Below, in pieces: positions 63,005 through 64,000 of a DNA stretch of 64,000 nucleotides. The notes beneath the pieces are model-generated. The model did not search any database, was not told where the DNA came from, and saw only the letters and a list, made by a program, of their open reading frames with translations. The position numbers and the translations under genes were made by a program. This stretch comes from Candidatus Poribacteria bacterium (GTDB taxonomy: Bacteria > Poribacteria > WGA-4E > WGA-3G), in assembly GCA_965205025.1 (NCBI GenBank), contig CBDBFU010000014.1, forward strand, positions 128,001 to 192,000, read 5' to 3'. The first letter of the stretch is position 1. The number at the start of each line of letters is the position of its first letter.

Positions 63005-64000
63005 TTATGCCCCAGAAGTTCTCGGCATCCACAAAGACTCTTTACCCATCTCCGCAAATAACAATTTCATCACAAGTTCCGATTTCAACTCCGTATGCTC
63101 AGCGGAATCCCACAGATTGTTAACCTCACCCGGATCCTCGTGCATATCAAACAACTCTCCATAATCACGGTTATAATACACAGTGAGTTTATACCTGTCA
63201 TCAACGTATGTTTTCACATGGACAGTCGTTGGTTCATGATGATTCTCTACGATAACATGGTCACGAACTTCTTCCTGCTGACCATACCAAACCGGTGTCT
63301 GATCAACTCCTGTCATCGGATGGGGTATATCAATTCCAGCAGCACTCAAAAATGAAGGTGCTAAATCTACCAATGTCTGAAGTGCATTAGACTCTTTTCC
63401 AGAAGGAACAACACCTGGATATCGTACGATATAAGGCACGCGAATCACATCCTCGTAATGGAACGCACCCTTAGCAATTAGTCCATGTTGTCCATAAAAA
63501 TGTCCATGGTCAGAAGTAAACAGAACCAATGTATTGTCTGCCAATCCCAGTTCATCAAGTTTACATAATATCTGTCCAATATACTTATCCATCAGACTCA
63601 CCATACCATAATACACTGCAATATCTTTGGCAAGTTCATCTCTGTCCCTTAGATGTGATCTGAATCCATGCACACCCTTACCACTCTCACGCCATTCAGA
63701 AAAATCAGGTTTCCTCTGTTGGGTCATTTGGAAATGCATCGGATTCTTATCATGTTCACCTTCTGTTACGGATGGAACAGTCAAGGCTTCTGGGTCATAC
63801 ATCGTATCCCAAGGTTCAGGAACAAGATATTTTGGATGGGGATCGAAGAAACTTGCCCATAGAAAGAAGTTCTCATCATTCTCCTGATAACTTTCCATTA
63901 AAGCATTCGTTCTTTCAGCAATCCAGGTATCATAATGATACTCTTCAGGAATCGGCCACTTCCTGTATTGTCCTTTAGCATTTCCGGTGGGAGGAGAATA
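63005..64000 (-). CDS. Sulfatase (5' part beyond window edge)
   Basis: FFDPHP, YYGMVS, TSDHG and GELFD motifs; the frame stays open to the window end. Confidence 0.9.
   Translation of the reverse strand, partial: YSPPTGNAKGQYRKWPIPEEYHYDTWIAERTNALMESYQENDENFFLWASFFDPHPKYLVPEPWDTMYDPEALTVPSVTEGEHDKNPMHFQMTQQRKPDFSEWRESGKGVHGFRSHLRDRDELAKDIAVYYGMVSLMDKYIGQILCKLDELGLADNTLVLFTSDHGHFYGQHGLIAKGAFHYEDVIRVPYIVRYPGVVPSGKESNALQTLVDLAPSFLSAAGIDIPHPMTGVDQTPVWYGQQEEVRDHVIVENHHEPTTVHVKTYVDDRYKLTVYYNRDYGELFDMHEDPGEVNNLWDSAEHTELKSELVMKLLFAEMGKESLWMPRTSGA

Overview
Low-GC bacterial chromosomal window, most consistent with Candidatus Poribacteria. This is an inference from gene content: four PhyH-family dioxygenases, three Cys-type sulfatases, HEAT/TPR proteins, and secreted proteins ending in a KLTTxWGxxK motif. 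Housekeeping and catabolic genes include a fused glyQS, dtd, trpB, dgoD, yiaK, a TPP-dependent decarboxylase, PPK2 and an aquaporin. Accessory content includes two type II R-M loci (one with a frameshifted endonuclease), an AAA-ATPase/DUF4276 pair, an intact IS701-type IS with a 6-bp TSD, a ~3.8-kb tandem duplication of a DUF4175-like gene, and several pseudogenes. The most striking unexplained structure is intergenic. Several families of ~110-155 bp TIR-bounded miniature elements carry different REP-like hairpin cargos, with two internal filled-versus-empty site comparisons. A separate fixed-length 130-bp palindrome/iteron-like element occurs three times, twice at apparent rearrangement boundaries. 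Unusual proteins include a SodC split by a ~200-aa insert, a cytochrome P460-like lipoprotein with (MDDPK)n-(NG)20 tails, and an Hsp20 with an Arg-rich disordered N-terminus. No rRNA, tRNA or CRISPR array was seen. All calls are by eye, without database searches.
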